Of a stretch of DNA of 64,000 bases, positions 37,947-46,379 are shown piece after piece. The position numbers and the translations under genes were made by a program. Positions within the stretch are counted from its first letter, which is position 1; the number at the start of each line of letters is the position of its first letter. Under the pieces are notes generated by a model. That model was not told the DNA's origin, did not search any database, and saw only the letters and a program-made list of their open reading frames with translations. This stretch comes from Clostridia bacterium (lineage in GTDB: Bacteria > Bacillota > Clostridia > Christensenellales > CAG-138): the NCBI GenBank assembly GCA_017616435.1, contig JAFZYC010000078.1, positions 29,716 through 93,715 of the forward strand, read 5' to 3'.

Positions 37947-39092
37947 TTACCTCTTAACTGCAAACTCTTTTGCGAGCCTGCGCGCTTCTGAATCGGCATA
38001 CAACAGCGCGTCGATATCGTTGATCGCGATATCTTCTATCATGCCCATAACATGCTCTACGCAGTCTGCGATATCGGTAAAACGCAGCTCTCCCTTTATG
38101 AACCTGTCGACAGCGACCTCGTTCCCGGAATTGTACGCGATGGGAAGACTGCCGCCCTTTTCAAGCGCCCTGTACGCCATTGGGATCGCAGGGAATCTGT
38201 CGGTATCGGGTTCAAAGAACGAAAGACCGTTAAAGGAAGCGAGATCGAGCGGCGCAGCGGGAGACGGGATCCTGTCGGGATATGTCAGAGCGTACTGAAT
38301 CGCGAGCCTCATATCGGGAACGCCTAGCTGAGCAATTACGGAATTGTCGCAGAACTCTACCATTGAGTGCACTACGGACTGCGGATGGATGAGTACGGAG
38401 ATCGACGAAGCATCCATATCGAAAAGGAATGCCGCTTCCATTATCTCAAGTCCCTTATTGAACATAGTAGCCGAATCGATGGTGATTTTGCGCCCCATGT
38501 TCCAGTTGGGATGCTTCATCGCCATTTCCGGAGTGACGTCCTTGAGCCTTTCAAGCGGAGTTTCACGGAACGCTCCGCCGGATGCGGTAAGGATAATCCT
38601 TTTTACCTCTTCCTTCCTGCCCGCTGTAAGGCATTGGAATATGGCGCTCTGCTCGCTGTCAACGGGCAGTATTTTTCCCCCGCCGCAATTTAGTGCTTCG
38701 GCAACGAGACGCCCGGCGCAGACGACGCTCTCCTTATTCGCAAGCGCGACCGTTTTGCCCGAGCGCAGCGCCTTTATGAGCGGGAACGTTCCGTTAAAGC
38801 CGCTGACTCCGTTGACGACTATATCTATGCCGTCCATTTGGGCGATATCCCACACAGCTGTTCCCGATATTATCTCCTTATCGGGGAAGGCTTCACGGAC
38901 TGCCGCAGCGGCTCTGTTGTCGAAAACGCCCACGATCTTCGGATCGTATTCGAGGATCTGCTTAATTCCGGCATCCGCATTTGAGCCGAATATGAGCGCA
39001 TAAATACCGAACTCATTCCTGTGCATACTGCAAACGGAGAGAGTCTGACTGCCTATAGATCCGGTCGAACCGAAAACCGCTACGTTCTTCAT
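37947..39092 (-). CDS. dxr: 1-deoxy-D-xylulose-5-phosphate reductoisomerase
   Basis: GSTGSIG, LANKES, PVDSE, KHPNWNMG, NKGLE, HPQSVVHS. Confidence 0.97.
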   Translation of the reverse strand: MKNVAVFGSTGSIGSQTLSVCSMHRNEFGIYALIFGSNADAGIKQILEYDPKIVGVFDNRAAAAVREAFPDKEIISGTAVWDIAQMDGIDIVVNGVSGFNGTFPLIKALRSGKTVALANKESVVCAGRLVAEALNCGGGKILPVDSEQSAIFQCLTAGRKEEVKRIILTASGGAFRETPLERLKDVTPEMAMKHPNWNMGRKITIDSATMFNKGLEIMEAAFLFDMDASSISVLIHPQSVVHSMVEFCDNSVIAQLGVPDMRLAIQYALTYPDRIPSPAAPLDLASFNGLSFFEPDTDRFPAIPMAYRALEKGGSLPIAYNSGNEVAVDRFIKGELRFTDIADCVEHVMGMIEDIAINDIDALLYADSEARRLAKEFAVKR

Positions 39093-39098
39093 ATCAGA

Positions 39099-39905
39099 TC
39101 AACGAATAAAGTAATGGAACACGGCGGCGACTACCGGCGCGAAAACCATCGCGCTGTCGAGCCTGTCCATGACCCCGCCGTGCTTGGGGAATATTGAGCC
39201 GAAATCCTTGATACCTGCCCAACGCTTGAACGTCGAGGCAAACAGATCTCCGAGCTGGCCGACAACCGCGCCGACAAGTCCGAGGCCTACGAGCCAAGCC
39301 CAGTGAATGTCGAGCCCCCAGAGCTTCTGGAGGAAGTATACGAGCAGTCCGCCGATGGGGCCCCCGACAAGACCGGCAACGAAGCCTTCGACTGTCTTCT
39401 TGGGACTTATTGCAGGGCAAAGCTTATGCTTGCCGAACTTCATACCGAACAGATAGGCGTTGTTGTCCGCCATGCTGGGACCGGCAAATACCATGAGCAG
39501 AGCCGCCCTAGATACATCGGTCTTATCAAACCCGAAGAACCCGAAGCAGAGCAGCAGCGCGAGCGGATAGATCATTGTGAAGCCGGTAGCGACGGTATCC
39601 TCTGTCTTCCTGTTCTTGTTGAGGATCCTGTCGAAAAGGATCCAGAGGAAGCAAACGACATAGAGCAATGGCAGATATTTGGGAACAAGATACAGAAGGA
39701 GATACTGCAGACCGCCCATGAGGAACAGCGGTACAAGGCAGATGTTGACATCCTTCTTTTTGAACATGCGGCTCATCTCTATCACCGCAACTACCGAGAA
39801 AGCGGTAAGAGCTATGACCTGCACCCATCCGCCGAATATGACTATGAGCGCTAGTATCGCAAGCAGCCCGATTGCTACGATCGTCCTTATTCCAAGCTCG
39901 CTCAT
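39099..39905 (-). CDS. cdsA: Phosphatidate cytidylyltransferase
   Basis: SPKKTVEG, GDLFASTFKR, KDFG..HGGVMDRLDS. Confidence 0.94.
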   Translation of the reverse strand: MSELGIRTIVAIGLLAILALIVIFGGWVQVIALTAFSVVAVIEMSRMFKKKDVNICLVPLFLMGGLQYLLLYLVPKYLPLLYVVCFLWILFDRILNKNRKTEDTVATGFTMIYPLALLLCFGFFGFDKTDVSRAALLMVFAGPSMADNNAYLFGMKFGKHKLCPAISPKKTVEGFVAGLVGGPIGGLLVYFLQKLWGLDIHWAWLVGLGLVGAVVGQLGDLFASTFKRWAGIKDFGSIFPKHGGVMDRLDSAMVFAPVVAAVFHYFIR

Positions 39906-40651
39906 TATTCCACGACCTTTCCGAAGCGCCTGGTACGCTTCATAAACTCTATAATACAGCGTCTGAACTCAGCGGTGTCGAAATCCGGCCAGCAGACAGG
40001 AGTGAATACGAACTCCGCGTAGGCAGCCTGCCAAAGCAGGAAATTGGAGAGCCTCTCCTCTCCCGCCGTACGGATGATAAGATCGAGCTCGGGAAGTCCT
40101 GCGGTATAAAGATTTGACGTGACCGTATCCTCGCCAACTTCATCCGCAGGCACGCCGGAAAGCATGATCTTTTTTATGGCACGGACAATTTCTGCCCTCG
40201 AACCGTAGTTTATCGCAATGCAGAAGCTAAGGCCGGTATTGTTTTTCGTCCGCTCTATGGCGTCAGTCATGCAGGCCTTTACCTTCTGAGGGAAGGGATC
40301 GAGATCACCAAGCGCCACTATCCTGACGCCGTTGGCATCGAGTTCGTCGATCTCCTTCTCGAAGTATTCGGTCAACAGGCCGAAGAGCGCGTTTACTTCC
40401 TGCACCGGCCTGCGCCAGTTCTCGGTGGAAAACGCGTAGACTGTCAGCGCTTTGATCCCTAGGCAGTGAGCCTCGCGCACGATCTCGTGCAGCGCCTCCA
40501 TTCCTGCCCTGTGGCCGAATGTGCGCGGCATCAGCCGCTGTTTTGCCCAACGGCCGTTTCCGTCCATAATTATACCGACATGCTCCGGGATCCGGCCGGA
40601 CAGGCCTATTTCATTCAGCTCGGCTTCGGTATAGCGTTCGTATATACGCAT
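39905..40651 (-). CDS. uppS: Undecaprenyl diphosphate synthase
   Basis: IIMDGNGRWA, AFSTENW, NYGSR, IRTAGEERLSNFLLWQ. Confidence 0.97.
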   Translation of the reverse strand: MRIYERYTEAELNEIGLSGRIPEHVGIIMDGNGRWAKQRLMPRTFGHRAGMEALHEIVREAHCLGIKALTVYAFSTENWRRPVQEVNALFGLLTEYFEKEIDELDANGVRIVALGDLDPFPQKVKACMTDAIERTKNNTGLSFCIAINYGSRAEIVRAIKKIMLSGVPADEVGEDTVTSNLYTAGLPELDLIIRTAGEERLSNFLLWQAAYAEFVFTPVCWPDFDTAEFRRCIIEFMKRTRRFGKVVE

Positions 40652-40679
40652 GATACTTCCCTTTCAAGGGACGGCGGCG

Positions 40680-40877
40680 TCAAACCGCAGTCTTAAAAAT
40701 CGAGTACGCAAGGTAAACGGTATTTTCCGATTCGACCAAGCGTACCCGTATAACTCTTTTATCGTCCCCGTCGGGTACGCCCTTTTTAGAGCGTACCTCG
40801 CGGCTGACGACAGTATAGCCTTCGGCTGTGAGGATATCCTCGGCGAGCCGAAGCTCAAGCCCGCGGACGTCCGTCAA
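40680..40877 (-). CDS. 65-aa hypothetical protein, PASTA-like pattern
   Basis: ATG overlaps the frr stop (ATGA); fills the frr-uppS gap; TDVRGLELRLAEDILTAEGYTV resembles a PASTA N-terminus. Confidence 0.7.
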   Translation of the reverse strand: MTDVRGLELRLAEDILTAEGYTVVSREVRSKKGVPDGDDKRVIRVRLVESENTVYLAYSIFKTAV

Positions 40878-41428
40878 AACTCCATTATCTCCTTTTCCTT
40901 TTCGGAAGCGATGCGATCGATCTCCTTGATGGAATCGTCGGTGATCTCCTGCGCTTCCTTTTCGAGATTCTTCTGATCGTCTTCGGTGATCTCGCTGTCC
41001 TTCTTCTGCTTCTTCAGCGTCTCGTTCGCGTCGCGGCGAATGGACCTGATCGCGACCTTGGCGTCCTCCGCCTTTTTCTTGATGGTCTTGACAAGATCCT
41101 TGCGGCGCTCCTCCGTGAGCTCGGGGAAAACGAGCCTGATGAGCTTGCCGTCATTGGTGGGGTTGATGCCGAGGTCGGACTTCTGAATGGCCTTTTCAAC
41201 AGCGGGGATCATCTTGGGATCCCAAAGGTTGATCACAAGAAGCCTGGGTTCCGGCGAACTGATATTGCCCATCTGATTGATGGGAGTAGGCATTCCGTAG
41301 TAATCAGCGGTGATTCGCTCCAGAAGCTGGGGATTTGCACGGCCGGCGCGAAGGCCGCCGAGATCACGCTTCAATACGGCGATGGTTTTATTCATTTTTT
41401 CAAATGCGATATCGATAACTTCACTCAT
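40874..41428 (-). CDS. frr: Ribosome recycling factor
   Basis: RAGRANP, LGINPTNDG, PELTEERR, IRSIRRD. Start at ATG 41428 behind AAGGAGG. Confidence 0.97.
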   Translation of the reverse strand: MSEVIDIAFEKMNKTIAVLKRDLGGLRAGRANPQLLERITADYYGMPTPINQMGNISSPEPRLLVINLWDPKMIPAVEKAIQKSDLGINPTNDGKLIRLVFPELTEERRKDLVKTIKKKAEDAKVAIRSIRRDANETLKKQKKDSEITEDDQKNLEKEAQEITDDSIKEIDRIASEKEKEIMEF

Positions 41429-41463
41429 GATCAATTACCTCCTTATGAATAATTTACCGAAAT

Positions 41464-41492
41464 ATTGTATTAGATACACGTCCGATTGTCAA
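41464..41492 (-). promoter_or_regulatory. Sigma-A promoter of frr
   Basis: TTGACA-17 bp-TACAAT. Confidence 0.75.
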
Positions 41493-41535
41493 CGGTGAAA
41501 TATCGGACGCGGTACCTCCGACGTTAAAGATCGGA

Positions 41536-42237
41536 TCAAGATATAACGGTACCGACGTTCTCACCTGCTGCGGCTTTTAAGAACGCGGAATCGTCCTCCA
41601 TCGAGAATACTACGATGGGCATGCACGTCTCACGGCAGAGCGTGATGGCGGTAAGATCGGTGGCGCGAAGCTGCCGCGAGATGACCTCGTCATAGGTCAG
41701 CTTGTCGTACTTCACGGCGGTAGGATCCTTCTTGGGGTCGGCGGAATAAACACCGTCTACGTTTTTTGCGAGCAGCATCGCGTCGGCATGTATCTGAGCC
41801 GCGCGGAGCGCCGAAGCAGTATCCGTCGAGAAGAAGGGCAGCCCCGAACCGCAGGCGAATACAACGACTTCACCGTTGTCGAGAGAGTTGTTAGCGAGCC
41901 TTGCTGAATAGGTATCCATGAAAAGCTCGATCGAAACGGCTGAAAGAACGCGGACCGGAACGCCGATATCGATGAGCGCCTGCTCGAGCGACAGCGCATT
42001 GATTGCTGTCGCCAGCATTCCCATCGCGTCCGCGCGGTTCCTGTCCATAGAGCCGGAATCGCGGCCGCGCATTATGTTGCCTCCGCCGACGACTACGCCG
42101 ACCTGGACGCCCGCGTCGTGCAGAACCTTAATATGCTTTGCGGCCTCCGCGACTTTATCGCTGTCGACGGGCGCCTTTTCGGAGCTCAGCACCTCGCCGC
42201 TCATTTTAAGCAGAACACGCTTGTATTTCAGTTCCAT
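41536..42237 (-). CDS. pyrH: UMP kinase
   Basis: LLKMSGE, VGGGNIMRG, FFSTDT, VDGVYSADP. Start at ATG 42237 behind GGAGG. Confidence 0.97.
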   Translation of the reverse strand: MELKYKRVLLKMSGEVLSSEKAPVDSDKVAEAAKHIKVLHDAGVQVGVVVGGGNIMRGRDSGSMDRNRADAMGMLATAINALSLEQALIDIGVPVRVLSAVSIELFMDTYSARLANNSLDNGEVVVFACGSGLPFFSTDTASALRAAQIHADAMLLAKNVDGVYSADPKKDPTAVKYDKLTYDEVISRQLRATDLTAITLCRETCMPIVVFSMEDDSAFLKAAAGENVGTVIS

Positions 42238-42414
42238 AACAGCCTCCACGTTCTTTTTCAATTTATTATTATACCATATCTTTCCGGGTTTGAAAATAAC
42301 CTTTATGTAAAAATCGGGTAAAATATCCTGCGAATAAGGTCTTATTACCTGTGCTCGAATACTTTTTTAAAGAAATATATATCTCGCAAACAGGCGTTTT
42401 TTTGAAAAATTGGG

Positions 42415-42443
42415 TTTACACAGACGACCGATTATGATATTAT
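42415..42443 (+). promoter_or_regulatory. Sigma-A promoter of the EF-G paralog
   Basis: TTTACA-17 bp-TATTAT with an extended TG. Confidence 0.65.
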
Positions 42444-42507
42444 GCTATTTGGTGTGTTTATGCGCCCGAATTGATAACTATAACCGTTAGGGGGATAATA
42501 CCGAATT

Positions 42508-44583
42508 ATGAAGAATTACAAAGCTGACGCTATTCGCAATGTCTGTGTATTGGGTCACGGCGGCGAAGGCAAGACCACTCTGACAGAGGCTATGCTCTTT
42601 AACGCCGGCCTTCTCGACCGTATGGGCCGCGTTGAAGATGGGTCCACTACGACCGACTATGACGCCGAGGAGACCAAGCGTCATATCTCCATCGCCACCG
42701 CCCTCGCTCCCTTTGAGTGGAAGGACTCCAAGATCAATCTAATCGACGCCCCCGGCTTCTTTGATTTCTATGGCGAAGTTTACGAAGCTATGGCTCTTGC
42801 GGACTCCGCTATCATCCTTTGCAGCGCTGTCTCCGGTCCCGTCGTAGGAACCGAGAAGGCCATGACGATGTGCAAAAAGGCTTCTATGCCCCGCATGCTG
42901 GTCGTCAACCAGATGGATAAGGAAAACGCCAATTTCGACAAGTGCATGGAAGCCATCAAGGAGAAGTTCGGCGTGTCCGCCGCTCCCATCCAGCTCCCCA
43001 TCGTAGAAAAGGGCGCGTTCGTCGGTTATGTCGATCTCATCAACATGACCGCCAAGAGGTTCGATGGCAAGAACGAGAAAGAGATCCCCGTTCCCGCCGA
43101 TCTCGCTTCCCATGCGGAAGAGCTTCGCGAATCCCTTGTTGAGGCCGTTGCGGAGTGCGATGAAGAGCTCATGGAGATCTATTTCGAAAATATGGATCTC
43201 ACCCATGACGAGCTTGTAAAGGGCATCAACATCGGCGTCCTTTCCGGCATGCTCACCCCCGTTGCCTGCTGCTGCGCGGCTTCCAACATCGGCGTTACCA
43301 CGCTCATGGACAACATCGTCAAGCTCATGCCCACCGCCAATATGTGCAAGGCCCGCCCCGCCGTCAACGCCAAGACCGGCGAACCCGTCGAGGTCAAGAT
43401 GGGCGGCAAGCTCGCAGCGCAGGTCATTAAGACCGTTGCGGACCCCTTCGTCGGCAAGATCTCCATTTTCAAGGTCTACTCCGGCGCTATCTCCGCTGCC
43501 GTTTCTCCCTACAACTCCACTCAGGATAAGACCGAGAAGAGCGGCAACGTATTCATCATGCGCGGCAGCAAGACCATCCCCGTCGACGCGATCGTCGAGG
43601 GTGATATCGGCGCCATGGCCAAGCTCCAGTTCACCGCTACCGGCGACACCCTGACCGATGCTTCCGAGCCCGTAAAGTTCGATCCCATCGACTTCCCCCT
43701 CCCCTGCATCAATCTTGCCGTCACCGCCAAGAAGAGCGGCGAAGAGGATAAGGTCTTCGCAGGCCTTAACAGGCTCACCGAAGAAGATCCCACTATGCGC
43801 ATCGAGCGCAATGCCGAGACCGGCGATGTTCTCATCTGCGGCCTTGGTGAGATGCATATCGACGTTATATGCGCGAAGCTCCGCAACAAGTTCAAGGTAG
43901 AAGCCGCGCTCTCCGATCCCCGCATCCCCTACCGTGAGACCATCCGTTCCACCGCTTCCGCCGAAGGTAAGCATAAGAAGCAGTCCGGCGGCGCAGGTCA
44001 GTTCGGCGTTGTTCAGATCAAGTTCGAGCCGAAAGACGACGGAGATTTCGAGTTCGTAGACGCTATCGTTGGCGGCGTTGTTCCCAACCAGTTCATTCCC
44101 GCCGTTGAAAAGGGTCTTGTCGAGGCTATGAAGAAGGGCGTACTTGCCGGCTATCCCATGATCGGCGTCAAAGCCACCCTGTACGATGGCAAGTATCATC
44201 CCGTTGATTCCAAGGAAGTTGCCTTCAAGTCCGCTGCGCGCCTCTCCTATAAGGCCGCTTGTGCAAAGGCTTCCCCTGTTCTTATCGAGCCGATCTACCG
44301 CTATGACATCCAGGTTCCCATGGATTACATGGGAGATATCATGGGCGATATCAGCCGCCGCCGCGGACGTCTCATCGGTTCCAATCCCCTCTCCGACGGC
44401 CAGACCGAGGTCATCGCAGAGGCGCCTCTCTCCGAGATGTTCAAGTATGCGACCGACCTGAGGTCCATGACTCAGGGCCGCGGCTCTTTCCGCAGCGAGT
44501 TCGTCCGTTATGAGGATGTTCCCGCCAACGTGGCTCAGAAGATCATCGAGAACGCCAAGAAGGAAGAGGAAGAAGAAGAGTAA
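42508..44583 (+). CDS. Elongation factor G paralog (EF-G2-like)
   Basis: GHGGEGKT, RHISI, DAPGFFDF, NQMD, GLGEMHIDV, KKQSGGAGQFG, LRSMTQGRG; 691 aa; outside the str operon. Confidence 0.93.
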   Translation: MKNYKADAIRNVCVLGHGGEGKTTLTEAMLFNAGLLDRMGRVEDGSTTTDYDAEETKRHISIATALAPFEWKDSKINLIDAPGFFDFYGEVYEAMALADSAIILCSAVSGPVVGTEKAMTMCKKASMPRMLVVNQMDKENANFDKCMEAIKEKFGVSAAPIQLPIVEKGAFVGYVDLINMTAKRFDGKNEKEIPVPADLASHAEELRESLVEAVAECDEELMEIYFENMDLTHDELVKGINIGVLSGMLTPVACCCAASNIGVTTLMDNIVKLMPTANMCKARPAVNAKTGEPVEVKMGGKLAAQVIKTVADPFVGKISIFKVYSGAISAAVSPYNSTQDKTEKSGNVFIMRGSKTIPVDAIVEGDIGAMAKLQFTATGDTLTDASEPVKFDPIDFPLPCINLAVTAKKSGEEDKVFAGLNRLTEEDPTMRIERNAETGDVLICGLGEMHIDVICAKLRNKFKVEAALSDPRIPYRETIRSTASAEGKHKKQSGGAGQFGVVQIKFEPKDDGDFEFVDAIVGGVVPNQFIPAVEKGLVEAMKKGVLAGYPMIGVKATLYDGKYHPVDSKEVAFKSAARLSYKAACAKASPVLIEPIYRYDIQVPMDYMGDIMGDISRRRGRLIGSNPLSDGQTEVIAEAPLSEMFKYATDLRSMTQGRGSFRSEFVRYEDVPANVAQKIIENAKKEEEEEE

Positions 44584-44600
44584 TCCCCAAAATAATAATC

Positions 44601-44636
44601 GGCTGCTCCGCATTTCGCGGGGCAGCCTTTATTTAT
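44601..44636 (+). terminator. Terminator of the EF-G paralog
   Basis: GGCTGCTCCGC-atttc-GCGGGGCAGCC-TTTATTTAT. Confidence 0.8.
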
Positions 44637-44651
44637 TGTTTGGATGATATG

Positions 44652-45095
44652 TTAAAAACAAAGGAAATACAGAACGACTTCTCTGTCTTTTGCGTTTTTA
44701 TAGATATAACCGTCTGTCTCAAATCCTAGCTTTTTATGAAGAGCGATGCTTGCCTGATTATCGATCCGCACCTGATCGATGATTACACGATAACCGAGCG
44801 ACCTTGCTTTTTCGATCATCAGTTTCACCGCTTCAGACGCATACCCCCTCCCTCTTTCTTCCGGGAAGATCTCAACTCCGAGAGAAGCCGAGTGTTCGCT
44901 GCGTTCAAACAATGATACGCTTCCGACTACGGCGTCGTCCATCGTAATTGCAAGCATCTCGAAGTACTTGCAGTTATAGGACTTGGATACCCATTTTTTG
45001 ATAAAGGAGAGGACTTCTTCAATCGAGGAGTCAGGCATCTGATTTATGCGCAGATTGTCTGCGTCGTTGTTGTTGAATGGGCGTAATATGATCAA
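44652..45095 (-). CDS. GNAT (RimJ/RimL-like) N-acetyltransferase
   Basis: IILRPF, VGSVSL, ERGRGYASEA, NQASIALHKKLGF. Likely TTG start at 45095 behind GGAGG. Confidence 0.88.
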   Translation of the reverse strand: MIILRPFNNNDADNLRINQMPDSSIEEVLSFIKKWVSKSYNCKYFEMLAITMDDAVVGSVSLFERSEHSASLGVEIFPEERGRGYASEAVKLMIEKARSLGYRVIIDQVRIDNQASIALHKKLGFETDGYIYKNAKDREVVLYFLCF

Positions 45096-45147
45096 GGAAG
45101 CCTCCGGAGGGTTATGTTTTGGTTGCAGCAAAATATAATACGGGGAA

Positions 45148-45873
45148 CTATATTAATTCGTCACAATTAATACTTGCAGAGAACTCCAGATTTTGAAGAA
45201 TCCTATTGGGTTTAACCGATTCATCAAAAACATTTTTGAAGCCATAAACACGAATCGTACCGTTATCTCCGCGTTCGATTCGGTTTACACAATAGTCCTC
45301 ATGTCCGTCCGTGAACTCTTTGCAGGAAAAAGAATGAATTGTATTCAGTGTTCCGGCTTCGATAAGATCCCACTGTCTTGCTTTGATCTGGCAGATAATA
45401 TAGCGATTGTCAATTGCCGTAAAACCCCATGAGGTTACCCGTCTCTCGGCAATAGCTTCACCGGTTTTGATATCCAATAGCTGTAGTGCACGATCATGCT
45501 GCTGACATAAAACGCTGTCATCCAAAACGAATACATTCGTTATTCCGCGTTTGCTCTTCGTCCTCCAAACCTTTTCTCCGGTTTTTGCGTTGTAGCAAAA
45601 CAGACCGTTATCCCATGTTTGAAGAAAGATATAGTTTCCATCATTGCTGACCGCGATTCCAAACTGGTCTGTATATGCGCCGACATACTTCGTATTCCAA
45701 ATGTGTTTTTCACCTGAACGATAGAAAACTGAAATTGTTCCGGGAATATTGGTGTCATAATGATACGGAATATAAGTTATCTTTGAAATTGCGCCATTAT
45801 CGTACAAATATATATGATTACTGTTCTCACGCAGGATACAGTATCTACTGTGAAATATCCTTTCTGCAGTCAT
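45148..45873 (-). CDS. Hypothetical protein with PQQ/WD40-like beta-propeller repeats
   Basis: LFCYNAKTGEKVW, LLDIKTGE, LIEAGTLN blade-like repeats; ATG 45873 behind GGAGG; AT-richer than its neighbours. Confidence 0.7.
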   Translation of the reverse strand: MTAERIFHSRYCILRENSNHIYLYDNGAISKITYIPYHYDTNIPGTISVFYRSGEKHIWNTKYVGAYTDQFGIAVSNDGNYIFLQTWDNGLFCYNAKTGEKVWRTKSKRGITNVFVLDDSVLCQQHDRALQLLDIKTGEAIAERRVTSWGFTAIDNRYIICQIKARQWDLIEAGTLNTIHSFSCKEFTDGHEDYCVNRIERGDNGTIRVYGFKNVFDESVKPNRILQNLEFSASINCDELI

Positions 45874-45980
45874 TATTCCGCCTCCGAAATGCAATTGTTG
45901 AATATAATGTGATTATATCATGCAAAGAAACATTTAGCTATATGATTCATTCAAAGATGATGGCATAAAGGGTAATAACA

Positions 45981-46136
45981 GACGGGGATGGATTCGCCCG
46001 CCTACGGGCGGTCCGGGGCGGCTCTGACCGTCCACAGGACGGTCATTCACTTCCGCCCTTCGAATCCATTAAATCTTTTGACCAACAAAAAAACCGGCTT
46101 TGCCGGTCCTTTTGTTGGTGGACGGGGATGGATTCG
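45981..46136. repeat. tRNA-3'-derived 16-bp direct repeat enclosing a multi-hairpin REP-like element
   Basis: GACGGGGATGGATTCG at 45981-45996 and 46121-46136 (the second copy is inside tRNA-Tyr); nested inverted repeats lie between them. Confidence 0.8.
46081..46119 (-). terminator. Terminator of tRNA-Tyr
   Basis: ACCGGC-aaa-GCCGGT-TTTTTTT on the minus strand, nested in the ACCAACAAAA/TTTTGTTGGT inverted repeat. Confidence 0.7.
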
Positions 46137-46200
46137 AACCATCGTAGTCTGTGACAACGGATTTACAGTCCGCTCCCTTTGGCCGCTCGGGAACCCGTCC
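46116..46200 (-). tRNA. tRNA-Tyr (GTA)
   Basis: 85 nt; acceptor stem GGACGGG/CCCGTCC, anticodon loop CT-GTA-AA, long variable arm, GGTTCGAATCC, encoded CCA. Confidence 0.97.
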
Positions 46201-46221
46201 GTATTCATTTTCAACGATGAT

Positions 46222-46249
46222 ATTATACATGATTTCGTCCGATTGTCAA
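46222..46249 (-). promoter_or_regulatory. Sigma-A promoter of tRNA-Tyr
   Basis: TTGACA-16 bp-TATAAT. Confidence 0.85.
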
Positions 46250-46379
46250 CATATATTATTTGTCGTTTCAACATAGCGATTTCAAAATCAAACATTGTTG
46301 ACTGATCCCCTTTAATACTTTACTTTGCATCTGATAAGGTATATAATAAATTAGTAAATAATCGAAAGGAATCCTTTAT

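Noticed and set aside
42739-44613. 624-aa minus-strand ORF
   Set aside because: Antisense shadow of the strongly codon-biased EF-G paralog.
44584-44651. Distal att site closing the AT-rich islet
   Set aside because: No copy of the tRNA-Tyr 3' sequence found here, only the EF-G paralog terminator.
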